From assembly GCF_009914755.1 (NCBI RefSeq), contig NC_060941.1: 64,000 nucleotides of DNA. One strand, written 5' to 3'. Made by a program: the position numbers and the translations under genes. The stretch's first letter is position 1, and each line of letters opens with the position of its first letter. The notes under the pieces are model-generated. The model saw nothing but the letters and a program-made list of their open reading frames with translations, did not search any database and was not told the origin of the DNA. The stretch is from the human T2T-CHM13v2.0 reference genome, Homo sapiens. This document shows, one piece after another, positions 16,568 to 30,655 of this stretch.

Positions 16568-17196
16568 CTGTGGTTATTATAATGAAACAACAAAAAGTCT
16601 TCTAATCAACTATCATTTTCCTTGCAACTATCAATTTTTGAGGGCAGAGGAGAGGGAAAGATAACAAAGTGAGGAGTAAGAAGAACATAATCTGTCCAGG
16701 ACCTCAGCCTATCTATGCCCTTCAGAAAGTGACTCCCATAATTTTAATTTTTTTTTTTTGAGGCGCAGTCTTGCTCTGTTACCCAGGCTAGAGTGCAGTG
16801 GCACGATCTCCTGCCTCTGCCTCCCGAGTAGCTGGGACTACAGGTGCCCGCCACCACACCCGGCTGATTTTTTGTATTTTTATTAGAGACGGGGTTTCAC
16901 CGTTAGCCAAGATGGTCTGGATCTCCTGACCTCGTGATCCGCCTGCCTCGGCCTCCCAAAGTGCTGGGATTACAGGTGCGAGCCACCGCACCCGGCCAAT
17001 TTTAATTTTACACAATTATAAACTGGGGATGTCTACTACACGTGCCCCAGTAGCTCTTGTGTGCCGAAGATGACAACCAGTTTTATTTTTATTGAGCATA
17101 AATGTCCAATGTATTTATATAAATCATACAAGAACCTTATGTTCCTCCCTAGGAGTTTAAATATAGTCTATGAAGCTAAGACATAATAAGGAATAC

Positions 17197-17294
17197 CTTG
17201 GTACTTTTCATTTTTTTTAAACCTAGGTAGCCTGGAGAACAGATAGATCTCATTTATGCCTGCATTTTGTGGCTAGCGTCTCACACATTTGGAC
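17197..17294 (-). pseudogene. Fossil collagen exon (11 triplets)
   Basis: TTCTTTTTCTTAG acceptor, AAG/GTATTC donor, 98 nt phase 1 to 0; 9 of 11 Gly-position codons are Gly or one substitution from Gly; ends ..SP GYL GLK KMK STK. Confidence 0.7.
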
Positions 17295-17833
17295 CTAAGA
17301 AAAAGAATGGTAGTTTGCTGATAATTTATTACAGCTCCGTCCCTCCAACTGTTCTTTATTAGGTACCAGCAAAATGTGTTCTGCTGTTGATTGCCTTTAC
17401 TTTCCTGGCCTTTCAAATCCTTTGAACTTGCATTTCACAATGCCAATATCAAAATGAAATAATAGGCAACAGACAACTGTCTTTTAATGTAGCAATTATA
17501 TATTTCGTCAATTAGAGGTTTGCTCTCTAAAAGCAGATACTTTTCATTTTAAAGTACATAGGATAATTCTCAAGAAGTATTTGCTGCAGTACTGGTGGTT
17601 ATGGCTAAAAATAGAGCAATAGTGAAAATAAAAATAAGTGCCTACTCTAAAACCAGGAAGATGCACAGTGAAAACTTTGAAAAATTATTTTGCCATGAAA
17701 TAATTTTCTAAGCGTTTTCCTTGGGATATTGATTTTATTGTATCGATTGTATTATATTGTATGGTATTAGATTAGATTAGATTGGATTGGATTTATAGCA
17801 CCCAGGCTACCTCCTTGAGAAACAGCAACTTAC

Positions 17834-17918
17834 CTAGCAAATCCACCTTTTTCGCCTTTAAGAATACGTTTTCATTGAATTCCTATTTGTCCAAAGATAC
17901 TAAGTATGCCCGGTGGAC
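17834..17918 (-). pseudogene. Fossil collagen exon
   Basis: CCCTAAT branch site, TGTCTCTTAG acceptor, GTAAGT donor; phase-1 start; (G)PP GIL SIF GQI GIQ *KR ILK GEK GGF. Confidence 0.75.
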
Positions 17919-18249
17919 CTAAGAGACAAACCCAAATTAGGGAAAGTAAGCTCAGATGGAAAGAGACCTTTGGGATTTCATTTTATTATGTTTTATATAT
18001 GTTTTAATACCTTTTCACAGATTTAAATCCCCAGGGTGAATACTCCCTTCTTTGTTAGTACCTGGCGTGTGTTCAGTAGTCAAAGTAATTAAAATTAGCA
18101 CCTATATAATGAGCTTGTCATTTTTAATGTTCTTTACCAACCAGAATCCTAATGAAGTCTAAAAGGTTTAGGCTGGGCACGTTGGCTCACGCCTGTAATC
18201 CCAGCACTTTGGGAGGCCGAGGCGGGCGGATCAAGAGGTCAGGAGATCA

Positions 18250-18511
<262 letters not shown>

Positions 18512-18929
18512 CTAGATACTGAAGGCCACAGTATCTTGGCTCACTGCAACTTCCGCCTTCCCGGTTCAAGCGATTCTTCTGCCTCAGCCTCCGGAGTAGC
18601 TGGAATTAAAAGTGCTCGCCACCACGCCCAGCTGATTTTTGTATTTTTAGTAGAGACAGGTTTTCTCCATGTTGCCCAGGCTCGTCTCGAACTCCTGACC
18701 TCAAGTGACCCGCCCGCCTTGGCCTCCCAAAGTCTTGGGATTACAGGTGTTAGCCGCCGCCCCCGTCCTGGTTTTTGTTTTGTTTTTTACATAAAACGCA
18801 AGATTCTCTAAAAATGTCCAAATTTTGGCTATGTATATGAACATCATACATACGTATTAGATTCAAGCTAATACTCACTCTTCTACTCTGCTAACATGGC
18901 CAGAAGACATAAAAAAAATTTTTTTTTGA

Positions 18930-19187
<258 letters not shown>

Positions 19188-19396
19188 TGAGCCATGACCC
19201 CGGCCCAGAAGACATAAATATTTGCCGGGTAATGACACCTTCGGGAATGAACAATGGTTCTTCGTTTATTATGTCACCGACCCTAACAATGACCACACAA
19301 TGTACTAAGTCAACATGGCTAAGGGTGCACTATGGGTTATTTGTTGTGAATCTCTAAGACTCCATGTGATAACCAAAATACTTTATTTTGTTTTGA

Positions 19397-19660
<264 letters not shown>

Positions 19661-20319
19661 TGAGCCACCATGCCCGACCCAAAATACTTTTTTTAAAGGT
19701 ATCACAGCTCCAGGAAATAGAGCAGTAAATTGATCTGTCCTTCAGATCACCAGGACTTTCATAGGCTAAATATCTTCACAACAGACCTCCAAAACCTTCA
19801 AGGTCAGAACTGAACACACGGTGGCGAGAGGAACTGTCTTCACAGCAGCTCTGCTTCCTCGGAGACGGCCAGAGGGAAAGGCCGTTGGCCAGTGCCAGTA
19901 CTTCGCCCAAGGGAGTACCTGCTCACATTAACCCAGCCCAAGAAGTTCCTTTGGCCAAGACGCACACACACACACCACTGTCCGGTTTTCTATTTCCTTC
20001 CAGTGTAACGACAACCACAAGCTATCAGCACTTCACTATTTGCTGTCCCCTCAGCGGGATCGGGATGCAGCTACGCAGCGGGCCCCTGGCGAGCCGCGGT
20101 GTCAGGGCCCTTTTCTCCTCTTCCCACCGTGGGAAGCGAATTCAGTGGCGTCAAGGGCCAAGAGCCAGACCTGAGTTTGTCTCTCACCCCCCGATGCTCG
20201 TCTCCCTTTTCTCACTGCCTTCCGCCCCCTCTGATCTCGACTTCTCGCAACCTATCCAGGTCCTCTCTGGGCCTCTGCCCTGAGTCAGCCCCGAATCAGA
20301 CGGGCTTGACTCGCTGAAA

Positions 20320-20373
20320 GAATTCCCCTTTGAGAGGAGGCAGATTCCCCTCTACATAGACGACACCCTGACG
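20320..20373 (+). repeat. 54-nt direct copy of the 3' part of GGNBP2 exon 2 (21517-21570)
   Basis: 52 of 54 nt identical by direct comparison. Confidence 0.97.
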
Positions 20374-20679
20374 TCGAGGGGCTTGCCCCTCGTCCGTGGG
20401 GAAGCCTTCCCGGCCCGCGGCTGGGGCCTGAGGTTGGGCCGATCACCCCTCCTACCAGTCCTAGTTCGGGTCTAGCGGAATGGCTGGGCTCCGAGAAGGG
20501 CGCCGGGCCCACGGGCGGGACGGCCAGGGCGGCCCCGCACCCTCTGGGCGCAAATTTCTCCAGCGGGGTCCCCAGCGCGGCCAGCCCCAGTCTCGCGAGA
20601 GGACGTGGGTCCCGCCCGGCGCCCGACCCCGCCCGGCCCCACCTTCCCCTCGTCCCCCGCCCTCCTTCTTCCACTCCCC

Positions 20680-20850
20680 GCGGCGCGAGCGGCTGACTGC
20701 CCGTAGAGGAAACGACATTCGGAGCTGCGCTCCCGCCCACGCCGGCCCTGACGCGGGCCTCGTCAGCCAGTAACAGGGAGCAGAGGTGGGAGTTAGCGAG
20801 GCGACCACGAAAACGGTGAAGGTCGGAACCGACAGCCTCCTCCGAGAAGG
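20680..20850 (+). other. GGNBP2: GGNBP2 non-coding exon 1 (5' limit uncertain)
   Basis: Donor AGG/GTGAGG at 20851 downstream of GC boxes. Confidence 0.65.
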
Positions 20851-21381
20851 GTGAGGAAAGGGTCTGAGCCTCCCCGTTCCCTGGACTCCGCAGAGCCGCT
20901 GCGGGGTCGATCCCTCCCAGGGGCGGGGTCGCGCTGGGCAACTGCAGTCCTGGGGCCGACTGGGCGGGGTGCGCCCAGAAGCGGGGAGAAGGGGTCAGTT
21001 GGGGGCAGAGGGCACCCGGGCGGCGGGCGGCGGGGAACAGGCTGCGGGGCCCAGGCCAGGGGTGGGGTCCTGGGGCCGGGACTCCTGCAGCGGGCGGGGA
21101 AGCCCCCGGCAGGCCGGTCCCTTCCGCCTCTCCTTTGGACCCTGACTGGAGGCCGGCGGGCGGGCGGGCGGGCGGGAGAGAGGGAGGGAGCGCGGCGCGA
21201 GGGGGGCGGGTCCCGGCGGCGCTGGGCGCTGATTGGCTGAGCGTGTGTGGAATCGGGTGATGGGAAACGCAGCCCGGCTCTCCCGTACCCTCCCGCTCCG
21301 CTCCCTGCCCCCCGTGGCGAATGTGCTGCGCAGCGGCGGGTGCTTACGCTCGCGGGGTTTGGCTGTTGCAGGCAGGAGCTG

Positions 21382-21446
21382 GGAGGAGGCGGCAGCGGCG
21401 GCGGCAGAAACAGCAGCGGCGGCGGCGGCGGCAGCTGGGAGGAGGT
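21382..21446 (+). repeat. Interrupted (GGC)n / (GCA)n tract in the GGNBP2 5'UTR
   Basis: ggaggaggcggcagcggcggcggcagaaacagcagcggcggcggcggcggcagc. Confidence 0.85.
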
Positions 21447-21477
21447 GGTGACGGTGGCAACGGCAGCGTCGGGGACG

Positions 21478-21570
21478 ATGGCGCGACTCGTGGCAGTGTG
21501 CAGGGACGGGGAGGAGGAGTTCCCCTTCGAGAGGAGGCAGATTCCCCTCTACATAGACGACACCCTGACG
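21478..21570 (+). CDS. GGNBP2: GGNBP2 first coding exon (exon 21372-21570)
   Basis: ACG-ATG-G Kozak context; MARLVAVCRDGEEEFPFERRQIPLYIDDTLT; donor GTGAGC; TTGCAG acceptor at 21371. Confidence 0.93.
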
Positions 21571-24367
21571 GTGAGCGGGCCGGGCCGGGCTGGGCCCGCC
21601 GCTCCCCTGGCAGCTGTTTCCCCTCCTCCCCCTCCCCCAGGCCGAGCGCTGCGCACTGGAGAAAGAGTGTGTTGCAACTCCTAGGCGAGGCCTTCTCTTC
21701 AGCAGGCCCCACAAACTCGCCTTTGCAGTGGGTGGCTCGGTAACCTCTGTCGGCCCCAAGCCCAGAGCTCCGTACGCACTCCCTCTCTCCAGATTTTCCT
21801 TCTTTTGGAACCTTATTCCTTGACCCTTTCCCTTTAGGAGACGCTGCTTTTGCCAAAGCACACATCTCAGAGAGGGGTTGAAGGATCTTGGGCGTTTAGG
21901 GCCTACCCCATACAGAAACCACCTACCCTCGGGGAGGCTTAATTACCTGGTAATGTCGCAGCTGCACTGCTACCTGTGTATTTTCTGTTTTAATACTGGT
22001 AGCTCTCACCACATAAGCTTAATTACTGGGGGCAGAGTGACATGCTCGTGCACAGTCAAGATTCCACTAAAATGGTTTGATTTCGTTGTAAATAGTCTCG
22101 TATTGCCTAATGCATTAAAACTCTTGAAATGATTGTATTGCTAGGCCCTTTCTTCAAAACGGGCTTTCTTCGCATTATTTAGTTTACAGGTGGACTTTTT
22201 TTTTTTTAAAGGAAGCCAAATTATTGAATGTGTAAGAGTACTATAAAAAGCTGATTGCTCATCTTGAGTGTCAAGACCCAGTTCCGGGTACTTTATTCTT
22301 TAGATTTGGTAGTGTAGCATTATCGACCCTCTGCCCTATGTTGCTGTACTGTTTCCTTTAAAAGGAAATGGCTGAAATTTGAATTGAATCTGAACAGGAA
22401 ATGAGTGCAGTTGCTTGCCACTTAAGAAATGAAATTAACCTTTTCCGAATATCTTTTGAAATCTGCGTTTTGATGATGCTGAAGCTTTGGATTATACATT
22501 TGCTTATTTCGATAAGGTGCACCTAAGTCTCTTCATCTCATCAGTATTCTTTTGCTATCAAAGGCAGTTGATCAGTTTTGTTCCTCAATATTTTTTTTTG
22601 CAAATATCTACCGAAGTTTTTTCAAATTTTATGTAAAATGCAAGTCATTGTAGAGATGCCAGTCTATGCCTTTATGCTTGCCAGTCTCAATTAAGACTTG
22701 ATTGAGCTGCAGTACTTTAAAAAGGATTAGAAGAGCTATTGAATGACTTAATTTATTAGAAGTTTTTAAGTGACAGCATTTCTAATTATTCAAGTGCATT
22801 TATTTTTCATGAAAAAAGGTAGAATGATTTGTTCTGACATAAAGTAAATAGTGTTGATGCATTAGAAATTGTGTGTCTTGATTATGATTTCTGTACTTTT
22901 TGCATTAGAAGTATAATGGACTTGTATTTTTAAATAGTTGAAACTAGCACTGTGATCATATTAAATAATGCATTTCTCAGTTTGGACTTCAGATAGGGAT
23001 TCATTTGTTGATATTTTCTTTCTTCTCTCCCCTGCTAACATAAACACTTTTCTGAAGCATATAGTTATGATATCAGCCTTTAAGGTTTATTGTCCCACAA
23101 TGGCTGTGGAGTTAAAAAAAAAAATTCAGTGAGTTTGGATATAAGATTATTATTTAATGAATAATCATAACATAGGAAAACATATCAAAACATAGGGAAA
23201 ACCAACATAAATAGTCTTCAAAAGACACTAGTTCTTGGTATATTCACATAACCACCTTTGTGAATGCAGCACATTAATACATCTGTCATATAGCACTTTA
23301 AAATGGCCAACTTTTTAAGTGCTTTTATACTGTATTCTCTCCACAATGATGTGACTTTCCAAAATTTTCCACTGAAAAAGATGTAACCTTGCAATGTGGT
23401 TTAGTATGGAACTTACTTTGCACTGTATCTGGCGGTTGAATTTTGCTTTTATTGTACTGTGGACTTGTGACTAAGGCAAATAAAACTTAAGCTCACTTAA
23501 TTTAAATATCTCAAAATAACATTTAGGAAAAGGTGCAGTTTTTCTTTGCTTCAGAATGGGTTTTTATCACAAAGGAATGAGTGAGACATTTATTTGTGCT
23601 GGGACTTCTGCACAGTCATTGAATGCTGTGAGTGAATGTTAGTGAAAATTCTTGTCAAGGGAAACAAGTTTCTTTCAGGATATTCTACCAAATACTACTG
23701 AAAGGGAGAATGCAGAGCAAAACACCTGTTGGGAGAGAAGGGGAAAAGGGAAGAGGGAAGGAAGATGCCCCTATCAGAGTTTTATGCTCTGCATTGTTCC
23801 TTTGATAGATGGCAGTGGATGCCTGAAGTTAACCTTAGGTTTTGTCTTTGTCCCTAGGGTCTGTAGGTAATGCACTGAGGAAACATTGTTTGAACTTATT
23901 TCAAATAGTAGTCTTAGGATTTTGATAGTAGCTAAATGTTGCAATATAGTTACAATGTTTACAGGCAGTTGCAGACTTTATCATTTTAGTTGGGATGCTG
24001 AAACTTTACCCTTAGTTAAACTGGCAGTTGTAATTTGGACTTGTAAAATGAAATTAACAAACTTGTATGTAAAGAAGTAGCCTTAGGCTGGGTTTGGTGG
24101 CTCACGCTTGTAATCCCAGCACTTTGGGAGGCTGAGGCAGGTGGATTACTGGAGGTCAGGAATTCAAGACCAGCCTGGCCAACATGGCAAAACCCCGTCT
24201 CTACTAAAAATACAAAAATTAGCCAGACATAGTGGTGGGTGCCTGTAATCCCAGCTACTCAGGAGGCTGAGGCAGGAGAATCCTATGAACCCGGGAGGTG
24301 GAGGTTGCGGTGAGCCGAGATCGCACCACTGCACTCCAGCCTGGGCAACAAGAGCAAGACTCTGTCT

Positions 24368-24409
<42 letters not shown>

Positions 24410-27400
24410 GCCTTAGGCCCGGTGCTGTGGCTCATGCCTGTAATCCTAGCACTTTGGGAGGCCGAGGCTGGCAGATTGCCTGAGCTCAGGAGTTTGAGAC
24501 CAGCCTGGGCAATGTGGTAAAAACCTGTCTCTACTGAAATACAAAAAAATCAGTGGGTGTGGTAGAGTGTGCCTGTAGACCCAGCTACTGATGAGACTGA
24601 GGCAAGAGAATTGATTGAACCCCCAGAGGCGGAGGTTGCAGTGAGCCAAGATTGCGCCACTGCACTCCAGCCTGGGAGACAAAGTGAAACTCCGTTTCAA
24701 AAAAAAAAATAGCCTCTTCTTTTATGTGATATGTTGTGTCCATGTTTAGAAGATTCCCATGGTAGTTCAGTGAGTTTGAACACCTGAGTATAGGATAGGG
24801 CTGATGTAGGTGTACTTGAGAAAATTCCAAATAAGTTGGTGGAATGGTGAAATATTTAAGAAAGTTTTATACTCTGGCTAAAATGTTGTTCAGTGTTACT
24901 ACAATTATAAAATAACAGATAGAATACATATTTGATTTTAGAGAAATCTGAAGAATTAAAGTTTTTTTTTTTTTGAGACACAGTCTCGCTCTGTCGCCCA
25001 GGCTGGAGTACAGTGGCCTGATCTTGGCTCACTGCAACCTCTGCCTCTCAGGCTCAAGTGATTCTCCTGCCTCAGCCTCCTGAGTAGCTGGGATTACAAG
25101 TGCGTGTCACCACGCCCAGCTAATTTTTTTGTATTTTTAGAAGAGATGGGGGTTTCCCTATGTTGGCCAGGCTGGTCTTGAACTCCTGACCTCAGGTCAT
25201 CTGTCCGCCTCGGCCTCCCAAAGTGCTGGGATTACAGGTGTGAGCCACCACACCCGGCCAAAATATATATTCCTTCTAAAATCTTGAAAAATAACTACAA
25301 AACAAATTACCCTTAGTCATGCTTCTCAGGGATAAGCACATTTGGTGTAATTTCAGTCCTAGACACACAGATACAGTTAATATATTCTGTAACTTTTTGT
25401 CCTTATTTATTTCACTAAATGTAATTTTGAAAACATTTTTTCTTGTCATTCTTAAACATTTTTAATGGCTGTGTAATATTCCGTTGTATGACATTCTGTA
25501 ATTATTTTTCCACTGTTGGACATGGAGGTTGTTCTAGTTTTTGCTATGAATAAACTGTAAGAACATAAATAATGCAAAAATCTTTGCATTAAAATGTTTT
25601 CTCAGGCTTTTGGAAGTGGAATTACTGGTTGGATCAAAGGATAAGAACCTTTTGTAAAGTTCCAGGTACATATTGTCAGATTGCTATGATATTTCTTTTT
25701 TTTTTTTTCGAGATGGAGTCTCACTGTGTCACCTAGGCTGGAGTGCAGTGGTGTGATCTTGGCTCACTGCAACCTCCGCCTTCCAGGTTCAGGTGATTCT
25801 TGGGCCTCAACCTCCTGAGTAGCTGGGATTACAGGCGCCCGCCACCATGCCCGGCTAGTTTTTGTATTTTTAGTAGAGACGAGGCGTCACCATTTTGGCC
25901 AGGCTGGTCTCGAACTCCTGACCTCAAGTGATCTGCCTGCCTCGGCCTCCCAAAGTGGTGGGATTACAGGCGTGAGCCAATGCGCCCGGCCAGATTGTTA
26001 CATTTCTGCATTGCAGTTTACTCTCCTAATTTAAACCAATCTAAATAGACTACTCTGATAAGAGTTTGGGGTTTTGTTTTTTTTTTCTTTTTGTTCTTGT
26101 TTGCATGTACAGCATTAATCTGGTAAGAGTTCTTAATGTCTTACACTTTAAAAAAATGATAAATGGTGGCATATCCACTTGGGAATTAGATGTTTTGTAA
26201 TTGTTAAAAGTTAGCATTTAATGTTTTCTTTCAACTTTTAACAGTTAATTTTACTGAGGGTGATAGATGTTACAAATAGCTGTGTGGAGTAAAACCAAAA
26301 TGACAGTGATTTTAATAAATGCAAACTTAGTATATTGTTGGTTAGAACTTGTGAGAATGCGCTAAAAACAGGTTTTTTTTGTGGTCAGGAGAAACCAGAA
26401 CAGATACTTAAGAGTGAAAGTGGGTAATTGATTCAATAAACTTTATAAAGCAGTAATTGCAGCACAATGACTTGTTCTATTTGTTGCTAGCTATGGGTAG
26501 GGAACCTCTTCATGAAGCTGAATGCTAATGATGCCTCTATAAAACCACACCTGAAATACTTTACAGGACTGTCTTCCTTTAGGTAACCTAGAATCTCAAG
26601 ATTAAGTTAAGGAAGTGGTTTTAAAGAATGAAGAACAAATTGTGCTACTAGCCTCTTTGCCTTCCCCTTTTTATTTTCATCTCTTAAAACACTGAACAGC
26701 ATATAGTGATTGGCCAGAAAACAGTAAGGTAAAAAGCCATTGTCCTAAGTGTTTGAAAGGCGAGGACAGAGTATTTAGTTTGAGTGCATTGTCTCCAGCC
26801 AGAGTAGTGAGTAAATACAAGAGAAAATTTAGTAGTATGCAAGCTGATGAAACCAGGAAAGATAGAAATAGATTAGATCTTAGTATTTTTGCTACTAATT
26901 AGGTGAAAATGAAATGATTGGAAACAAGTTTTGTTTTTAAAAATAACCGTGTTCTTTATTGACTTTTTTTTTTTTTTGAGACCGAGTTTTGCTCTTGTCG
27001 CTCAAGCTGGCGTGCAATGGCACGATCTTGGCTCACCACAACCTCCGCCTTCTGGGTTCAAGTGATTCTCCTGTCTCAGCCTCCCAAGTAGCTAGGATTA
27101 CAGGCATGTGCCACTATGGCTAATTTTTTGTATTTTTAGTACAGACAGGGTTTCTCCATGTTGGTCAGGCTGGTCTTGAACTCACGACCTCAGGTGATCC
27201 ACCCGCCTGGGCCTCCCAAAGTGCTGGGATTACGGGCGTGAGCCACCGGCTTCTTTATTGACTTCTTAGAAAGAATTCCTAAATCAGGTATTATCCATAT
27301 AATTAAAATATTTTAGGCTGGGCGCGGTGGCTCATGCCTGTAATCCCAGCACTTTTGGAGGCCTCGGAGAGTGGATCACCTGAGGTCAGGAGTTCAGGAC

Positions 27401-27485
27401 CAGCCTGGCCAACATGGTGAAATCCTGTCTCTACTAAAAATACAAAAATTAGCTGGGCATGGTGGTACGCCTGTAATCCCAGCTA

Positions 27486-27581
<96 letters not shown>

Positions 27582-28613
27582 TCAAAAAAAAAATTTTACA
27601 AATCAGCTCGCAGGTCTCAGTATTATTAGATGTGTTCTTTGATCTCCGTTTCAATTTTTAAAACAGTTGATCAGAATATAAATACATACTGAGTCAGAAT
27701 TTAGGATTTTGCCTAAGAACCAGACTGGAGAGATTTTGATTTGGTTAAATAAGGAATATTCTTTGTTTCTTAAATTGATAGCTTTGATCTTTAAACAGTA
27801 TAGATAATTGTCATTTTTTATTACGGCTATTGGTATGTGGTGAAATGGTGTATATTTGTATCAAGCAAATGAAAATATAAATCAAGGTATTAGTTACTTA
27901 AATGGTAGGTTTGGAGTGACCTCCAATATTCTGTTGAGTTACATGGCTCTAAAAGTTTATACCTTTTTAATGACTTGACAGTTAAATTTTTGTGTGTCTT
28001 AAACCTTTTGATGATTCCAGAAAATATGAGTTAATTGAACTATTAACTATTTTATTGCTTTTATTATAATAGTTTTCTGGACCAGGATTTCCAATACCAG
28101 GATTATTATTATTTTTTTAAATTTGAGTAGAGCATGTTAATTAGAATAAATACAATAGGCAGTATGGTTCATTAGATATTTTGCTCTTTTCAGTCATCCT
28201 CACCAGATTATTGATAGCTACAGCATTAAAATAGACCATTGACTTCAGTTTTGCTTTGTGCTGTTGATAAAGTTAATGTATGAAAGTGCTTATAACAATG
28301 TCTAATACACATGAAGTGTCTTTATTATTACTTATTGCTACCCCCCTTTAGAGGTATTAATAAGACTGAGAAGGAAAACTAGAAACAAGATGTCAGGGTT
28401 GATAAACCTGAAAATTGGATAATTGACATTTGGACATTTCATCTGTATGCATGGAAGAAAAAACTTTCAGAATGGTAAAAGCTATTGAAATGGGTCAGGC
28501 GTGGTGACTCACGCCTGTAATCCCAGCACTTTGGGAGTCCGAGGCAGGCAGATTGCCTGAGCTCCGGAGTTTGAAACCAGCCTGGGCAACATGGCAAAAC
28601 CCTGTTTCTACTA

Positions 28614-28945
<332 letters not shown>

Positions 28946-29642
28946 TTACTACCTAGAGATAGCCACATCTAATATGTTTTCCTTTTTTGAAAGATAAAGT
29001 ATACACACTGAAAATTTGAAGTGTGTTGCACATGCAGTCTGGATTATGTTAGTATTTGCATCATAGTCTATCCTTTAGTATCTATTTGTCTCTGTACTTC
29101 ATATATCTCATATTCCTCCGTTATCAAGAAAAACTCTTAAATCTATTGCTTACGTTTGACTTAGCTGTTAATGAGGCCTCATTTTGCTGTTAGAACAAAC
29201 ATGTTTTAAATTTCTCTAATATGGAAGGAAAGGAATGGTTACATCTATTAAAGAAGCAGGTCTCTGGTGCTGGTTGGGGAAGGGAGTGATCTTTTTAAGA
29301 TCGCATTCAACTGGGTAGGGATATTTTGTTTTTGCCTTAAATCGGTGTTTTTCTCTTGACTTCACTCTTTGATTTTGTAGGAGTTTGTGGTCCTTGTTAT
29401 GTGGCAATGTGGAAATAGTTTGTCCTAGTACGATATGTTTGATCTTTAACAATGTTTTAGTTAAGATATACATGTGTTACTTTCATTGTTTTGAAGGCAT
29501 ATCTTTTTCCCCCACATTTTAATACCTGAAATCAGGATGCTGCTTGAATTTGATGACATCTTATAGTAAAAATGGCTTGTAGTGATACATAACTATGGTA
29601 CTAAAAATCTGTGGTGTGACAACAGATCAGTAAAATGTACTA

Positions 29643-30035
<393 letters not shown>

Positions 30036-30104
30036 CTAGGTGACGGAGCAAGACTCCGTCTCAAAAAAAAAAAAAAAAAAATGGAAACTTGTCTTATGTA
30101 CTTG

Positions 30105-30300
<196 letters not shown>

Positions 30301-30574
30301 TAGTAGAGATGGGGTTTCTCCATGTTGGTCAGGCTGGTCTCGAACTCCCAACCTCAGGTGATCCGCCGCCCCCCACCCCACTGGCCTCCCAAAGTGCTGG
30401 GATTATAGGTGTGAGCCACCGCACCAGGCCATGTACTTGGATTTAACAAAATTTTTTGAGGGGCTAGGGATGGGTGCAAATCTGGCTTTCACGGGTCTAT
30501 TTCTGGAGTTTGTAGGCTGTATCCTGTTCTCAGAGGGGTAAAGTAATTGATTTCCGTTCTGTTTGCATTTTAAG

Positions 30575-30655
30575 ATGGTGATGGAATTTCCTGATAATGT
30601 GTTAAATCTCGATGGACATCAGAATAATGGTGCACAGCTAAAGCAGTTCATTCAG
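30575..30655 (+). CDS. GGNBP2: GGNBP2 coding exon
   Basis: 81 nt, MVMEFPDNVLNLDGHQNNGAQLKQFIQ, AG/GT, phase 0-0. Confidence 0.92.

Larger units (their letters stand above)
20050..21780. promoter_or_regulatory. CpG island / GGNBP2 promoter
   Basis: Very GC/CpG-rich; GC boxes near 20625-20660, CRE half-sites 20749-20765, AP-1 TGAGTCA 20281-20287, reverse CCAAT 21232-21236. Confidence 0.85.

Noticed and set aside
20285-21865. Long ORFs of 130-288 aa on both strands in the GGNBP2 CpG island (and similar ones at 9889-11600)
   Set aside because: Stop-poor GC-rich DNA with low-complexity Pro/Arg/Gly/Ala translations and no recognisable domains
22398-22636. Short codon-like frames in GGNBP2 intron 2 (e.g. 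FDDAEALDYTFAYFDK)
   Set aside because: No convincing acceptor or start in frame; coding cannot be supported without conservation data
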